Assembly (NCBI RefSeq): GCF_009914755.1
Contig: NC_060927.1
Length of the DNA: 64,000 nt
Reading direction: 5' to 3' (one strand)
Source: the human T2T-CHM13v2.0 reference genome, Homo sapiens
Part shown: positions 1 to 18,893 of the stretch, piece after piece
Numbering within the stretch: the first letter of the stretch is position 1
Layout: each line of letters opens with the position of its first letter
Made by a program: the position numbers and the translations under genes
The notes under the pieces: generated by a model
Told to the model about the DNA's origin: nothing
The model's input: the letters and a program-made list of their open reading frames with translations, nothing else
Database searches by the model: none

Positions 1-214
1 AAATGGATATAAATATGACTGCAAAACTGCCCTGAGCTGCTACTGTCTGCCTACAGGGTAGCCCTCCTTTGCAGGAGCAGTTACAGAGCTGTAACACCGC
101 CTCTTTGAAGGGGTTTTTTCTTCTACCTCTGGCTTGTCCTTGAAGTCTTTCCTGGGCAAAGCCAGGAACCCTTGTGGGCTAAGCTCCACTTTGGGGCTTG
201 CCTGACTTGCATAA
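1..214 (+). mobile_element. 3' part of an ERV1-class (MER4-group-like) LTR
   Basis: Ends in ...ctgggcaaagccaggaacccttgtgggctaagctccactttggggcttgcctgacttgcata, which resembles the U5 end of ERV1 LTRs. Subfamily not assigned. Confidence 0.5.
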
Positions 215-379
215 CCGTGAAGCTACTTGAGTTGTCAAATAAAAAACAAACTCAGACATAGATAAGACAGGCTTTATTCAAAAGGACAATTGCAAATGGG
301 AGAAAGGTACTACTACAATAGGGAGAGGAGGACTATTGCAATAGAGAGAATGCTTAGACCATAAGATCCACAAACATCT

Positions 380-1105
380 TGTCAACCCAAATAACAGACA
401 GACTCTCTAAAGATAAGGTGTTTATTCAGGAGTGCACAGGGGATTCACAAATCCAGTATATGGGGGCTATGCAGACCATTGGCATATCCAAAGAGGTTGT
501 GTAGCGGGATTGATAAAAAATTAGAGAGACCGATGGGGTTGAGAAGGATATTTATTATTTAGGTGCACTGGCCCAGTCGGATTAACATCCAAAGGCTGAG
601 CCCTGAACAAAATGTTAAGTTACCTTTTAAGCATTTCGTGGGGCAGGAGAAAATCTGTGCAGGGAAAAACGTATTACAGAAGCAAAAAACAAAGACAGTT
701 ATTCAATTAATTGAGACCTGCATTACATCAGTTGAAGCAAGGAAAAGTTTTTAAAGGCAAAAAGGAAGCATACGTAATTTGTTTTGAAACAAAGAGAATA
801 TTGGTTACAAGACTTATCAGAGGGGTTGATGCCAGTTTATTAACAGAGAGAGTGTGTCAAGCAAGTGTTCTTGTGCATCCAGGTAGCTTCCTTTTACTCA
901 CGTAGCAAGCTGCAGCTTAGAAAGCCCTTGTCAGAAGTTCTTGTTATGGGCACCTATGCATAGAAAGTTCTTGTAATATTTCATAACATAGGCATATGTG
1001 CATGAGGACCCTCCCTTCTTAACCTTCTGGTTTTATTTATTTCTTTTTTTTTTTTTGTTAGGGCTTGACACAAGTGACTCCATTTTGATTTTGACGACTT
1101 TCACA
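380..1105 (-). mobile_element. Solo LTR (ERV1/MER4-group-like), interrupted by an LTR22-like piece
   Basis: TG...CA termini (tgtcaacc ... ctttcaca) flanked by a 4-bp direct repeat ATCT (376-379, 1106-1109). Confidence 0.6.
500..730 (-). mobile_element. LTR22-like (HERV-K HML-5) LTR fragment nested in the previous LTR
   Basis: gagagaccgatggggttgagaaggatatttattatttaggtgcactggcccagtcggattaacatccaaagg matches my recollection of the antisense LTR22 3' end. It is flanked by GTTG at 496-499 and 731-734. Confidence 0.5.
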
Positions 1106-1379
1106 ATCTCGAAGGTCAGGCAGAAAAGAATTTTATGCAGAACTTTCTAGGGAAGGAGTAGTACTTTTGGGTCATTGGGTCATTGCCGTGGAAAGGTGCG
1201 GTAACTCCTGGGTGTTGCCATAGCAATGGTAAATTGACATGACACACTCGTGTGTATGTCTGATAGGTAGGAATAAATTAGGTTAGAGCAGACTGGTGTA
1301 AGGGAATGAATGAGCCAGTGTCATAATTGGATAGTTAATCAGGAAATGTCTTTCCTTGAAGTCAGCTGATTACCAGTGA

Positions 1380-2402
1380 GCACATAAGCCAGAGTTCTTC
1401 AGAGAACCAGAGCCAATAGGATGTGTAGATATATAAGAGGAATTTATTAAGGAAATTGACTCACATGATTATAGAGGCTGAGAAATCCCACGATATGCCA
1501 TTTGTGAGCTGGAGAACCAGGGAAACAAGTAGCATAGCTCAGTCCAAGTCTGAAGGCCTGAGAACTGAGAGGGCCACTGGTGCAAGTCCCAGAGTCTGAA
1601 GGTTGAAAAACCTGGAGTTCTAATGTCCTAGTGTTGCTGGAGGGCTTAGTAGGGTCTCCAGATGCCAGTGAGACCCTAGCTCCAGCTGGTTTCCAGCTTC
1701 ATGACACCATTGCAAGTAAGAATTCAAGGAAAAGTCAGAATGAAGTGAAAGGCAAGAAGCTTTTATTGCAAAACAAAAGTACACACTTAAGAGAGAAGTG
1801 TGAGTGTGCTCATGAGAATGAGTCACACACAACGAGTTTCTAATTTTATGGGTGTTTCTTTAATTATGGGGTGGAATAATCATTCAGTATTTTGGAAAAG
1901 AAAGGGATTTCAGAGACTCCTCCCAGCCCCCTATTCCCCCCATTACCACCCCCTTTCTCCCTTATTTGGGTTTGCCAAGAAGAGTCATGGACATGTCAGC
2001 CTGACCAGGGTTTTGGCCATTTTCTCTCCCTTATTTTGAGTTTTCTGTTATCCTGTGGTTTCTTTGCCTAGTTCTTATTTTAACTGTTGTTCAGGTTTTT
2101 CCATACTCCTGTGACTACCCAGTGCTACTCCTGTCTCACAGGTCCAGGAGAAGATGGGTGTCCCAGCTCCAGGAGAGAGAGAGTGAATTCACCTCTCTCT
2201 TTTTGTTCTACCTGGGCTCTCAGCCCTTTGGATGGTGCCCACCCATGTTGTGTGAGGGCACATTTTCCTTACTCAGAACACAGATTCAAATGCCAATCTC
2301 TTCCAGGAACACTCTCACAGACATACATCCAAAATAGTGCTTTACCAGTTATCTGGGTATTCCTTAACCCAGTCAAGTTGACACCTAAAATTAACCATCA
2401 CA
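1380..2402 (-). mobile_element. MLT2-type (ERVL) LTR split by a second LTR at about 1632-2140
   Basis: Typical antisense MLT2 motifs: agagccaataggatgtg, gctcagtccaagtctgaaggcctgagaac, caagttgacacctaaaattaaccatcaca. An intervening segment tgttgctgg...ctgtctcaca has TG/CA ends. Confidence 0.7.
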
Positions 2403-2939
2403 TGTTCTTATAATAAGGAGGGGTTGTTCTACATCTCATTACTGGCTCAGGCCGAAGATAGGTCAAAACTTAAGGACCTAGGGGAGGGAGAGGAGCTTAA
2501 CTAAAGCTTGGTCAAGTTAAATTAGCAGGTATGCTGTCCAAATTGGTCATGGGTACAAACAGTTCAGTTAATCACTTGTAAAGCAAATCATCTGGAGGGT
2601 CTGTGTCTAGACAAACAAGGGGGTGGGGCTATCTGTGAGTCTCATCTAAGTCATATGGGGAAGGATGGCTCTTTGCAGGAAGTCATTTCCTAGAACACTA
2701 AAGGGTGTGGGGATTTTTAATTGTCACTGTTTTCCAGGAGAGCAGACTCAGGTAAAGTTTAACATTTTCAGACTCTTGGGGAAAATTAGGTTATCTATTC
2801 TTCGTTGGCTGAGATAGGATTCATGAAACACTATCATAAAATATGGCACCTTGCCATTTGAGAAAACAGCAGAAGCAAGATGGTCTCTCTGACCTTCTCC
2901 CATGATTCTCCCCTGAAGCAGGCCATAAAACATTCCCTT

Positions 2940-3260
2940 GGCGGGTGCAGTGGCTCACACCTGTAATCCCAGCACTTCGGAAGGCCGAGGCAGGTGAATC
3001 ACGAGGTCAGGAGTTCGAGACCAGCCTGGCCAATATGGTGAAACCCTGTCTCTACTAAAAATACAAAAAAAAAATGAGCTGGGTATGGTGGTGCGCGCCT
3101 GTAGTCCTGCTACTTGGGAGGCTGAGGCAGAAGAATCTTGAACCTGGGAGGCAGAGGTTGCAGTGAGCCAAGATCACACCACTGCACTCCAGCCTGGGCA
3201 ACAGAGTGAGACTCTGTCTCAAAAAGAAACAAACAAACAAACAAAAAACCAAAAAAAAAA
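2940..3260 (+). mobile_element. AluS
   Basis: Full Alu dimer with A-rich tail; imperfect TSD aaaac(a/c)ttccctt. Confidence 0.9.
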
Positions 3261-3273
3261 CCTTCCCTTAAAA

Positions 3274-3583
3274 GGCTGGGCATGGTGGCTTTCTCACACC
3301 TGTAATCCCAGCATGATGGGAGGCCAAGGTGGATGGATCACCTGAGGTCAGGAGTTTGAGACCAGACTGGCCAACATGGCAAAACCCTGTCTCTACTAAG
3401 AATACAAAAATTAGCCAGATGTGGTGGCGTGCACCTGTAATCCCAGCTACTCAGGAGGCTGAGGCCGAGAATCTCCTGAACCCAGGAGGCGGAGGTTACA
3501 GTGAGCCAAGATCATACCATTGCACTCTAGCCTGGGCAATAAGAGTGAAACTCTATCTTGAAAATAGTAATAATAATAATAAT
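3274..3583 (+). mobile_element. AluS
   Basis: Full Alu dimer with (TAA)n tail. Confidence 0.9.
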
Positions 3584-6579
3584 ATCCTTTCTTGCAAAAT
3601 ATAGTAATTAAAAAATTAATCCTACATCACAAACCCTTGTAGCAGACAGAGCACATCTCCCCATATATATGATCATTGCACCTAGGGTGGACACTTTCTT
3701 CCTCTTACTTTCAGGGACACCCTACTTTGTCTATGGTGTAGCTGTACTTTCACTACTTTCACACCAGCTCACCAGCAATGGATCCAAACCAAGACAAAAT
3801 CTGTGAATTGCCAGAAAAAGAATTCAGACAGTCAACTATTAAGCCAACCAAGCAGGCATCAGAGAAAGATGAGGTCCAACTTAAAAAAAATTTTTTAAAT
3901 GATACAGTATATGAAGGGGAAACTCTCCAGTGAAATAGGTAGCATAAATAAAAATTACAACTTCTGGAAATCAAGGACACATTTAGAGAATTGGAAATGC
4001 ACTGGAAAGTCTCAGCAATAGACTCAAACAAGAAGGAAAAGAATATCAGAGCTCAAAGACAAGCCTTTCAAATTAACCCAGTTCATCAAAGACCAAGAAA
4101 AGAGAATTTTAAAAAATGAACAAAACTTCTAAGAAATTTGGGATTATGTAAAATGACCAAACCTATGAATAATTGTTGTTCCCAAGGAAGACAAGAAATC
4201 TAAAATCTTGGAAAACATATTAGAGGTAATAATTGAGAAAAACTTCCCTGGTCTTGCTAGAGATCTAGACATCCAAATACAAGAAGCTCAAAGAACACCT
4301 GGGAAATTCATTGCAAAAAGATCATTGCCTAGGCACACACTCATCAGGTTATCTAAAGTCAAGACTAAGGAAAGAATCTTAAGAGCTGTGAGACAAAAAC
4401 ATCAGGAACCTATAAAGGAAACCCTATCAGATTAACAGCAGATTTCTGAGCAGAAACCCTACAAGCTATAAGGGATTGGGGTTCTATGTTTAGCCTCCTA
4501 AACAAAACAATTATCAGGCAAGAATTTTGTATACAGTGAAACTTAGCTTCCTAAATGAAGGAAAGATACAATCTTTTTCAGACAAACAAACGCTGAGAGA
4601 ATTCATCACTACCAAGCCAGCACTATAAAAACTGCTAAAAGGAGCTCCAAATCTTGAAACAAATCCTTGAAATACACCAAAATAGGGTCCCCTGAAAGCA
4701 TAAATCTCACAGTACTTATAAAACAACAACATGATGAAAAAAAACCAAGTTATTCAGGCAACAAATAGCACAATGAATAGAATAATACCTTGGATCTTAA
4801 TACTAACACTGAATGTAAATGGCCTAAATGCTCCATTTAAAAGATACAGAATGGCAGAATGGAGAAGAATTCACCAACCAAGTATCTGCTGTCTTCAAGA
4901 GACTCACCTAACACATAAGGACTCACATAAACTTAAGGTAAAGGGATGGAAAAAGATATTCCATGCAAATTTACATCAAAAGCAAGCAGAAGTAGCTAGT
5001 CTTATATCAGACAAAACAAACTTCAAAGCAACAGCAATTTAAAAAGACAAATAGGGATATTATACAATGATAAAAGGACTAGTCCAGCAGGAAAATATAA
5101 CAATCCTAACATATATATAAAATATAACAATCCCCATATATACGCTGGAGCTCCAAAATTTATAAAACAATGACTACTAGATCTAAAACATGAGATAGAC
5201 AGCAACACAATAATAGTGGGATTACTTCAATTCTCCACTGACAGCACTAGACAGCTTATCAAGACAGAAAGTCAACAAAGAAACAATGGACTTAAGCTAT
5301 ATCCTAGAACAAATGGACTTAACAGATATTGACAGATACCCAACAACTGTAGAATATATATTCTATTCACCAGCACATGGAACGTTAAGATAGACCATAT
5401 AATAGGCCCCAAAACAAGTCTCAACAAATATAGGTAAATGGAAATTATAGCCAGTACTCTCTCAGACCACAGTGGAATAAAACTGGAAATCAACTCCAAA
5501 AGGAACCCACAAAACCATGCAAAGACATGGAAATTAAATAACCTGCTCCTGAATGATTGTTGGGTCAACAGTGAAATCAAGATGGAAATTAAAATATTCT
5601 TTGAACTGAACAATAATAGTGAAACAACCTATCAAAACTTCTGGGATACAGCAAGGTGGTGTTAAGAGCAAAGTTCATCAAAAAGTCTGAAGGAGCACAA
5701 ACAGACAATCTGAGGTCACACCTCAAGGAGCTAGAGAAACAAGAACAAACCTAACCCAAATGCAGCAGAAAACAAGAAATAACCAAGATCAGAACAGAAC
5801 AAAATGAAATTGAAACAAAAAAAAATACAAAAGATAAATGAAACAAAAAGTTGGTCATTTGAAAAGATAAATAAAATTGATAGACCATTAGTGACATTAA
5901 CAAAGAAAATAAAGGATAAGATCCAAATAAGCTCAATTAGAAACAAAACAGGAGATATTCTGACTAATACCAAGGAGATGGATGAATTCCTGGAAATATG
6001 CAACCCTCCTAGATTAAACCAGGAAGAAATGGAAATATGCACCCCTCCTAGATTAAACAGGAAGAAATGGAAACTCTGAACAGACTAATAACAAGCAGCA
6101 AGATTGAAATGGTAATTAAGTTACCAACAAAAAAAAAGTCCAGGACCAGAAAGATGGACAGTTGAATTCTATCCAACATTCAAAGAATTGATACCAATTC
6201 TACTGACACTACTCCAAAAGATAGAGAAAGAAGGAATCCTCCCTAAGTCATTCTATGAAGCCAGTATCACCCTAATACAAAAACTAGGAAAGGATATAAC
6301 AAAAAAAGAAAACTGCAGACCAATATCCCTGATGAACGTAGATGCAAAAATCCTCAACAAAATACTAGCTAACCAAATCCAACAGCATAACAAAAAGATA
6401 ACCCACCATGATCGAGTGGGTTTCATACCAGGGATGCAGGGATGGTTTAACATCGGCAAGTCAATAAATGTGATACACCACATAAACAGAATTAAAAACA
6501 AAAATCACACGATCATCTCAATAGATGCAGAAAAAGTATTTGACAAAATCCAGCATCCTTTTATGATTAAAAACCCTCA

Positions 6580-6888
<309 letters not shown>

Positions 6889-6928
6889 AAAAACCCTCAG
6901 CAAAATTGGCTTAGAAGGGACATACTTT

Positions 6929-9053
<2,125 letters not shown>

Positions 9054-10149
9054 AGAAGGGACATACTTTAAAATAATTAAAGCCATCTATGACAAATCCA
9101 CAGCCAACATTATACTGAATGAGGAAAAGTTGACAGTATTCCCCCGGAGAAATGGAACAAGACAAAGATGCCTACTTTCATCACTTCTATTCAACATAGT
9201 ATTGGAAGTTCTAGCCACAGCAACCAGACAAGAGAAAAAAACATAAATAAATAAGGGCATCCAGATTGATAAAGGAGAAGTCAAACTGTTGCTGTTTGCT
9301 GATGACATGGTTTTATACCTAGAAAACCCTAAAGGCTCATCCAAAAAGCTCCTAAAACTGGTAAATGAATTCAGCCAACTTTCAGGACTCAAAATTAAGG
9401 TACAGAAATCAGTAGCCCTGCTATACACCAACAGCAACAAAGCTGAGAATCAAATCAAGAAGTCAACCCCTTTTAGAATAGCTGCAATAACATAATATAA
9501 AAATACTTAGGAATATGCTTAACCAAGGAGCTGAAAGATCTCTATAAGGAAAACTACAAAACACTGCTGAAAGAAATAATAGATGACACAAACAAATGGA
9601 ATCGCATCCCATGTTCATGGATGGATAGAATCAATATTGTGAAAAATGACCATACTGCCAAAAGCAATCTACAAATTCAATGCAGTTTTTATCAAAATAC
9701 CACCATTAGTCTTCACAGAACTAGAAAAACAATTCTAAAGTTCATATGGAACAAAAAAACAGCCCGCATAGCCAAAGCAAGACTAAACAAAAAACAAAAG
9801 CAAAAACAAATCTGGAGGCATTACATTACCTGACTTAAAACTATACTATCAGGCCATAGTCACCAAAACAGAATGGTACTGGTATAAAAACAAGCATATA
9901 GACTAATGGAACAGAATAGAGAACTCAGAAATAAAGTCTAATACTTACAGTCAACTTATCTTCAACAAAGCAAACAAAAACATAAAGTGGAAAAGGGACA
10001 CCTTATTCAACAAATGTGCTGGCATAATTGGCAAGCCATGTGTAGAAGAATGAAACTGGATCCTCATCTCTCACCTTATACAAAAATCAACTCAAGATGG
10101 ATCAAAGGCTTAAATCTAACACCTGAAACCATAAAAATTCCAGAAGATA

Positions 10150-10718
<569 letters not shown>

Positions 10719-11641
10719 TCATAAGCAAGAACCCAGAAGCAAACACAACAAACAAAAACAAAGATAAATAGATGGGACTTAATTAAACTATAAGCTTCTG
10801 CACAGCAAAAGAACTCATCACAGAGTAAACAGACAACCCACAGAGTGGGAGAAAATCATTGCAATCTATACATCTGACAAAGGACTAATATCCAGAATCT
10901 ACAAGGAACTCAAACAAATTAGCAAGAACAAAACAAACAATCCCATCCAAAAGTGGGCTAAGGACTTGAATACATAATTATCAAAAGAAGATACACAAAT
11001 ACCCAACAAACATGGATAAATGCTCAACATCATTAATTATCAGGGAAATGCAAATCAAAACCACAATGTGATACCACCTTACTCCTGCAAGAATGGCCAT
11101 AATAAATAATACATGTTGGCGTGGATGTGGTGAAAGAGAACACTTTTACATTGTTGGTGGGAATGTAAACTAGTACAACCACTATAGATAACAGCGTGGA
11201 GATTTCTTAAAGAACTAAAAGTAAATCTACCATTTCATCCAGGAATCCCACTCCTGGGTATCTATCCAAAGGAAAAGAAGTCATTATATGAAAAAGATAC
11301 TTGCACACACATGTTTATAGTAGCATAATTCCAATTACAAAGATATGGAACCAGCCCAAATGCTATCAATGAGTGGATAAAGAAAATGTGATATATATAC
11401 CATGGAATACTACTCAGACATGAAAAGGAATGAAATAATGGCATTTGCAGCAACCTGGATGGAACTGGAGACCATTATTCTAAGTGAAGTAACTCAGAAA
11501 TGGAAAATGAAACATCGTATGTTCTCACTCATAAGTGGGAGCTAAGCAATGAGGATGCAAAGGCATGAGAATGATCCAATGGACTTTGGGGACTTAGAGG
11601 AAAGGGTGGGAGGGGGTGAGGGATAAAAGACTACACACTGG

Positions 11642-12034
<393 letters not shown>

Positions 12035-12075
12035 TCATGTAACCAAATGCCACCTGTTCCTCAAAAACCTATTGA

Positions 12076-12533
<458 letters not shown>

Positions 12534-12984
12534 TCAAATAAAGTCGATGGTCTTCTTTAGAAGAAAAGAATGCTTAGCTCAAATGAAGAATAAAAGGAAA
12601 TGTTAAGGCTGAGATGGAAACAGTAGGAGCAGAATAAACAAAACAAACAAACAAAAAAACCAAACCACTGAACTGTAAGTGAGGAGTAACAGATTAATAA
12701 CCCAGCTCTGCCACTATAACTGCCTACATAATTTTAAGAAAGTTTTATTTAACTTTTCTGGAGTCACTTTCTTCCTCATCTATAAATGAAGATAGATTAT
12801 ATTACTTCTTATTTGCCTTCATGGTCTGACAGTAATTTTCAAATTGATATTTTATTTTTCACAAACAGAAAAAAGTTTTAAAATTATTTTTATAAAGATC
12901 AATATTGCTTTTTACTAAGTTATTGAGAGACTCAAACTGTTGACTCTACTCGTTGTTTAATGAATTTCCCATACAGAATTGTGT

Positions 12985-13041
12985 TATGTATGTGTATATG
13001 TGCGTATATATATATCAGTATATATATATATATATATATAT
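12985..13041. repeat. (TA)n / (TG)n low-complexity microsatellite
   Basis: Direct reading of the sequence. Confidence 0.85.
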
Positions 13042-13098
13042 GCACAAACATTCATTGTTTAGATTACTTTGCACAAATGAACCTATTTTTAATGTCTA

Positions 13099-13485
<387 letters not shown>

Positions 13486-13549
13486 AAAATGTGTTTTCAC
13501 ATAGAAAATATAAGGGCAAATGCAAATTAAAAATAAGAGGTTCAATTTA

Positions 13550-14178
13550 CTCTGGTGAAAACAGGAGAAGAGATTTCCCTCCCCTCCTTTTTCTCAGGAC
13601 ATTTACCTTAGAAAACTTGTAAGTATTTTCTCTTTTCTTTGAAATACATATGTATATATAGGCTTTTGAAGACTAGGCAGGACTTTTGCCAACTGGCCTT
13701 TTCTCAGCTCCATGACCAAGGAATGTTTTTCTCGAGGACCTGAAAGCCATCTCTTTGAATAGCAAAAATTAGAGCTTAGCTTCGGTGGGTGCCCTGCTTG
13801 AAGTTGCAAAACTACCTCTGCCATAAAAAGTTGAGAAGATTTTCCTCTGGATAAAGCCAATTAGCTAACATAGATGGTCACTCCAATTACCACAATAAAG
13901 TTGGGAAAAACCATGTGACAAAAGGTGCTGCCAAGACCTCTTATTTGAAGACTAGTTATTGTTTATCTTGAAAGCATGTATGTAATGGGTTGTATCTGTT
14001 CGGCTATATAAGGAGGCGAGATTTCTTTCTGCCTTTTCAATCTCTTTGTAGGTTGCCTGTGATATGTGTTACATTCTAGTTTAATGCTTCTTTAATAGTG
14101 TATTCTTTCCCTGCTACCTTTGTAGAGAGAATTTCTGGGTTGGAAGAAGGATTTGTTTTTAATTATATTTCCCCAACA
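13550..14178 (+). mobile_element. Solo LTR (ERV1, MER34-like)
   Basis: TATA-like ggctatataag near 14002 and terminus ttatatttccccaaca. Start is approximate. Confidence 0.55.
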
Positions 14179-14205
14179 AAGGTTTGTGGAAACTTTTCCA
14201 CTGCG

Positions 14206-14508
<303 letters not shown>

Positions 14509-14593
14509 ACTCCACTGCCTCTTTTTTAAAATTAAAATTTAAATGTTTTTTCAATTGCCTCTTAAATGGATTTGTAAATATGAAAATTTCTCT

Positions 14594-14821
14594 TTGGGAG
14601 GCTGAGGAGGGAGAATCACTTAAGCCTAGGAGTTCAAGACCAGCCTAGGCAAAATGGCAAGACCTGGTCTCCACAAAGCAAGAAAGAAAAAGAGATAGAG
14701 AGGAAAGAAGGAAAGAAGGAAGGAAGGGAGGGAGGGAGGAAGGAAGGAAGGAAGGAAGGAAGGAAGGAAGGAAGGAAGGAAGGAAGGAAGGGAAGGAGGA
14801 AGGGAGGGAGGGAGGAAGGAA
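14594..14821 (+). repeat. Alu monomer fragment whose tail expanded into a (GGAA)n/(GGGA)n purine tract
   Basis: FLAM-like sequence at 14594-14675, then a purine-only run with 13 consecutive GGAA at 14738-14789. Confidence 0.9.
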
Positions 14822-15132
14822 ATTTTCTTATTTCCTTTGCACTTGCATCAAGTTGTGATCTGAAAACTACTTCTGGAACTGTGATTTGAGTTCAAAAAAC
14901 ATGCCTGCAGCCAGTTTGGATAGGAGTGAAGATCTCACTTCTTTTTTTAACTTTCAATAGCCAAAAAAAGCATATAGAGCAGCTTGATTTTGCTTGTGAT
15001 TCAGACTATGTCAGTTGTCAGAATAACTTTACTACAGTATAAGTTTCACATATAAGAACTGTTTTGCCTTGTAATTCATTGGGAAACATTATCAAGTCTA
15101 CAACAAAAATCCAGTTTCCAAAGCCATTTTCT

Positions 15133-15759
<627 letters not shown>

Positions 15760-16344
15760 CCATTCAGTTTTGATAATGGTTGAAGATGGTTCTTATTTAG
15801 AAAAAATTCAATCTTAGTTCTGATTTCAAAAAATCATAATAAAACTTTATCACTCCTAAGTCATTCAACTAGCATATAGTAGGGCAAGTTGGGATATCTA
15901 GCTTTTATTTCTGACAAAAATATACAGAACTGACAGTGATTTGGTCTACAAGAGCAAATGAAGCTCACTGTTGACATTACTGGTTCAACAACATATCTAA
16001 GGCATTTCCACACACTATCTTCTATGAATAACCATGTGTTTTTAACAACCTACATGCTCACAAGCCTTGTGCATTTATCGACTAAGACTTTCCTGCTTCA
16101 CACATTTTTTTTTTGTTTTGTTTTACTGTCATTTGTATCACTCTTAGCAGATTCTACTTTAGGTTGTACTGAATTGGTGTTTTCTCAGCTTCATTGAAAA
16201 TATTCTTACCTGCAGTTGTTATGTGCGTATTACTCATAAAGGATAATTCTTTAGTCACTTCAAACTCAGCACTGACTTCTAGAATATCAACAACTGATCA
16301 GTAGAGCAGTATCAGTAACATCTGTCAACTCATCAAGAGCCAGG

Positions 16345-16585
16345 AATTGCTTAAGTCCAGGAGTTGGATACCAGCCTGGGCAACATATTAAGACCCCCAC
16401 CTCTACAAAAAAAATTTTTTTTAATTAGCTGGGTGTGGTGGCACATGCCTGCAGTCTCAGCTACTCAGGAGGCTGAGGCAGGAGGATTCCTTGAGCCCAG
16501 GAGCTGGAGGCTGCAGTAAGCTATGATTGTGCCACTGCATTCCAGTCTAGGTGACAGAGCAAGACTCTGTCTCTTAAGAAAAAAC
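16345..16585 (+). mobile_element. AluJ, 5'-truncated
   Basis: AluJ-type right arm (gagcccaggagctggaggctgcagtaagctatgatt). Confidence 0.85.
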
Positions 16586-16974
16586 AGTCCTAGGCAAGTG
16601 CTATTGAAAGTGGAAAGTTTAGAGAATGCTATCTTTGATAAATGGAAAGCCCAACTCAAAATGGCTTAATGAAAAAGGAAATGTTTTGGTATGGGTTACT
16701 GAACAACCAAGGGAGGGTGGGCTTCAGGGTTAGCTAAGGCCAGTAACTCTGGCTCTGTTACACTTTGAATTTCTTGCTCTGCCCTCCTCTAGGTATTGGC
16801 TTCATCCCCAGGCAGAGAGCAACATGATTATGGTGTTCTGTCTCTGATAGCCACTCACAATTTTGTCCCCTACAAGACAGAACTGTTTCTGTATGCTTGC
16901 TCAGAATGCCAAAAAATCTTTTTCAGGTGCCTCCTTTCTCTCTCCCTAGCCCAAAATGGGTCATACATCCTGGA

Positions 16975-17472
16975 CAGATGACAAAAACCACTATACATTT
17001 TCCCCCCGCCTCTCTGGAATGCCACTTGCAGCTCTTCCCATTAAGTGGTAGAGTCTATTTCTCTACCCCTTGAACATGGTCTCAGCACGTGAGTTGTTTT
17101 TGCCAGTGAAACATTAGTAAATTTGTTGTAAGCGGAGACTTAAAAAGTGTTTGTACATTGGAGCTTGCCATCTTTTGCTGATCTGTGGAACTCTGAGGCT
17201 ACCATGTTAAGAAGCCTGTGATTGAGGGAGGACAAGTGACCATGTGGAGCAGAAACAAGACATCCCAGCTGAGCACTGCCCCCCACCCCAACCCTCACCA
17301 ACCAACAAGATGTGAGAATGAGGCCATGCTGTCCTAAACAACCGACTTTGAGCCAGCCCAGATATGAAAACCACTTAGATGACCCACAGAATTATGAGAA
17401 GTAATAAATGTTTGTTATTTTAAGCCACTAAGTTTAGGAGTGGTTCGTTAAGAAGCAAAAGCTAACTGATAT
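16975..17472 (+). mobile_element. MLT1-type (MaLR) LTR
   Basis: Ends aataaatgtttgttattttaagccactaagtttaggagtggtt...agcaaaagctaactgata, the canonical MLT1 3' end. Confidence 0.75.
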
Positions 17473-17845
17473 ATGCCCATTTCTGAGGCAGTCATAGGCA
17501 AGGGGAATTGCATTACTCTTAAGTGAATCAAGAGACCCCTTTGGAGTTGGGATTAAGTTGTTTCCATGACGACCATGGCTGCATGGAAGAAGCCATGTTT
17601 TGTCAAAACAAAATGGGGTTTTGACAGGAAGAAAAAGAGGGAGAAAATGCTTGTTGAATTTGGCAACTACTAATTCACTAAATATACTCTACACCAAACT
17701 TTATGTTGCTTCTTTAAGAAGGAAAACAAAGTTACCATTAGAAGGACTAGGCATAGGAACCAACATATATTTCTGTGTAGTGAGTGTGTCCTGTAGTATG
17801 CTTTGGGAGGGCAGCTGAGCTACCAAAACTTGGATTTCACAGTAG

Positions 17846-18052
17846 CAGGGGTTGGCCCTTTACAGAAAGCTAGTGATTAGTTTAGGTTTTGAGAGTCATG
17901 TGATCTCTGTCACAACTACTCAATTCCACCATTGTTGTGTGGAAGTAGCAATAGAAAGAAAGGAAATAAACTAGCATAGTTGTGTTCCAGTAAAACTTTT
18001 TTTTGAAAAACAAGCAATGGGCTGGATTTGACCTACAGTTTGCCAATCCATC
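17846..18052. mobile_element. MER58-like hAT MITE
   Basis: caggggttggc ... tctctgtcacaactactcaa ... gtttgccaatcc. Confidence 0.65.
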
Positions 18053-18893
18053 AACCAGAGAAGCAATGTGCAATGCTGTACAGAGTGTAGTTCACGCAAT
18101 CAGGTGTCACCCAATGTACACATTTGTATTGTACATTTCATATAATTTTCTTGGGGAGGAAATCTGAGTTACCAGCAGTTGTATTTCCTGGAGAAAGGTA
18201 ATAATACACTACTGTGCATTGGGCACTACGTGTACCCCGATGTAAGAAGACAAAGATAAAAATACTTGTTTGTCAGAGATTAAACATACAACTTTGGGCC
18301 TTGCTTTCTTTACATAATCTGCAGAGGGGAATAAAGTTAGGTGTATTTCTGTCTCATGCAGAGAAGTGACATAGCTTTGTGGAGTGTGTAACTCTTACAA
18401 CTTTCATGGGAAAAATGCCAAGTTGTGAAGAATTCCATTTCACCCAGAAAAGCAATATTCTTCTTAGTGCATTGTGTTCAGTGCTTAACTGCTCAAAAAA
18501 AAGTAGATCAAGCATGTTTTTTGGCTATAAACCAAGCAGGAACCCAAAGAAAAAGGAAAAGCAAAAAGAATTTAGTATTTTTAATAATGCTTTGAAGTAG
18601 GAGAAAATTCAAAACTTGATTGAATTCCTTAAACGTATGGTTATTTTCTTTTGAATTGTGTAATGAAGTTCGGGTGGCTCACTGCATTTTTCATATTTAG
18701 AGCCTCAAAAAATCTTAATCTTGCACTGCCTCTGTAAATTGTGTTACCTTCATGGAGAAGAAAGATGAGTTATTAGTAAGGATTTATCACTTAGGTTAAT
18801 AATATATATTTCTAAACAATCTTTTCTTCATGTAATCTGCTGGAGTGAAAAACTGAGTTTCCAGTAGTGGTATCTCACCGAAAAGGGAAATTC

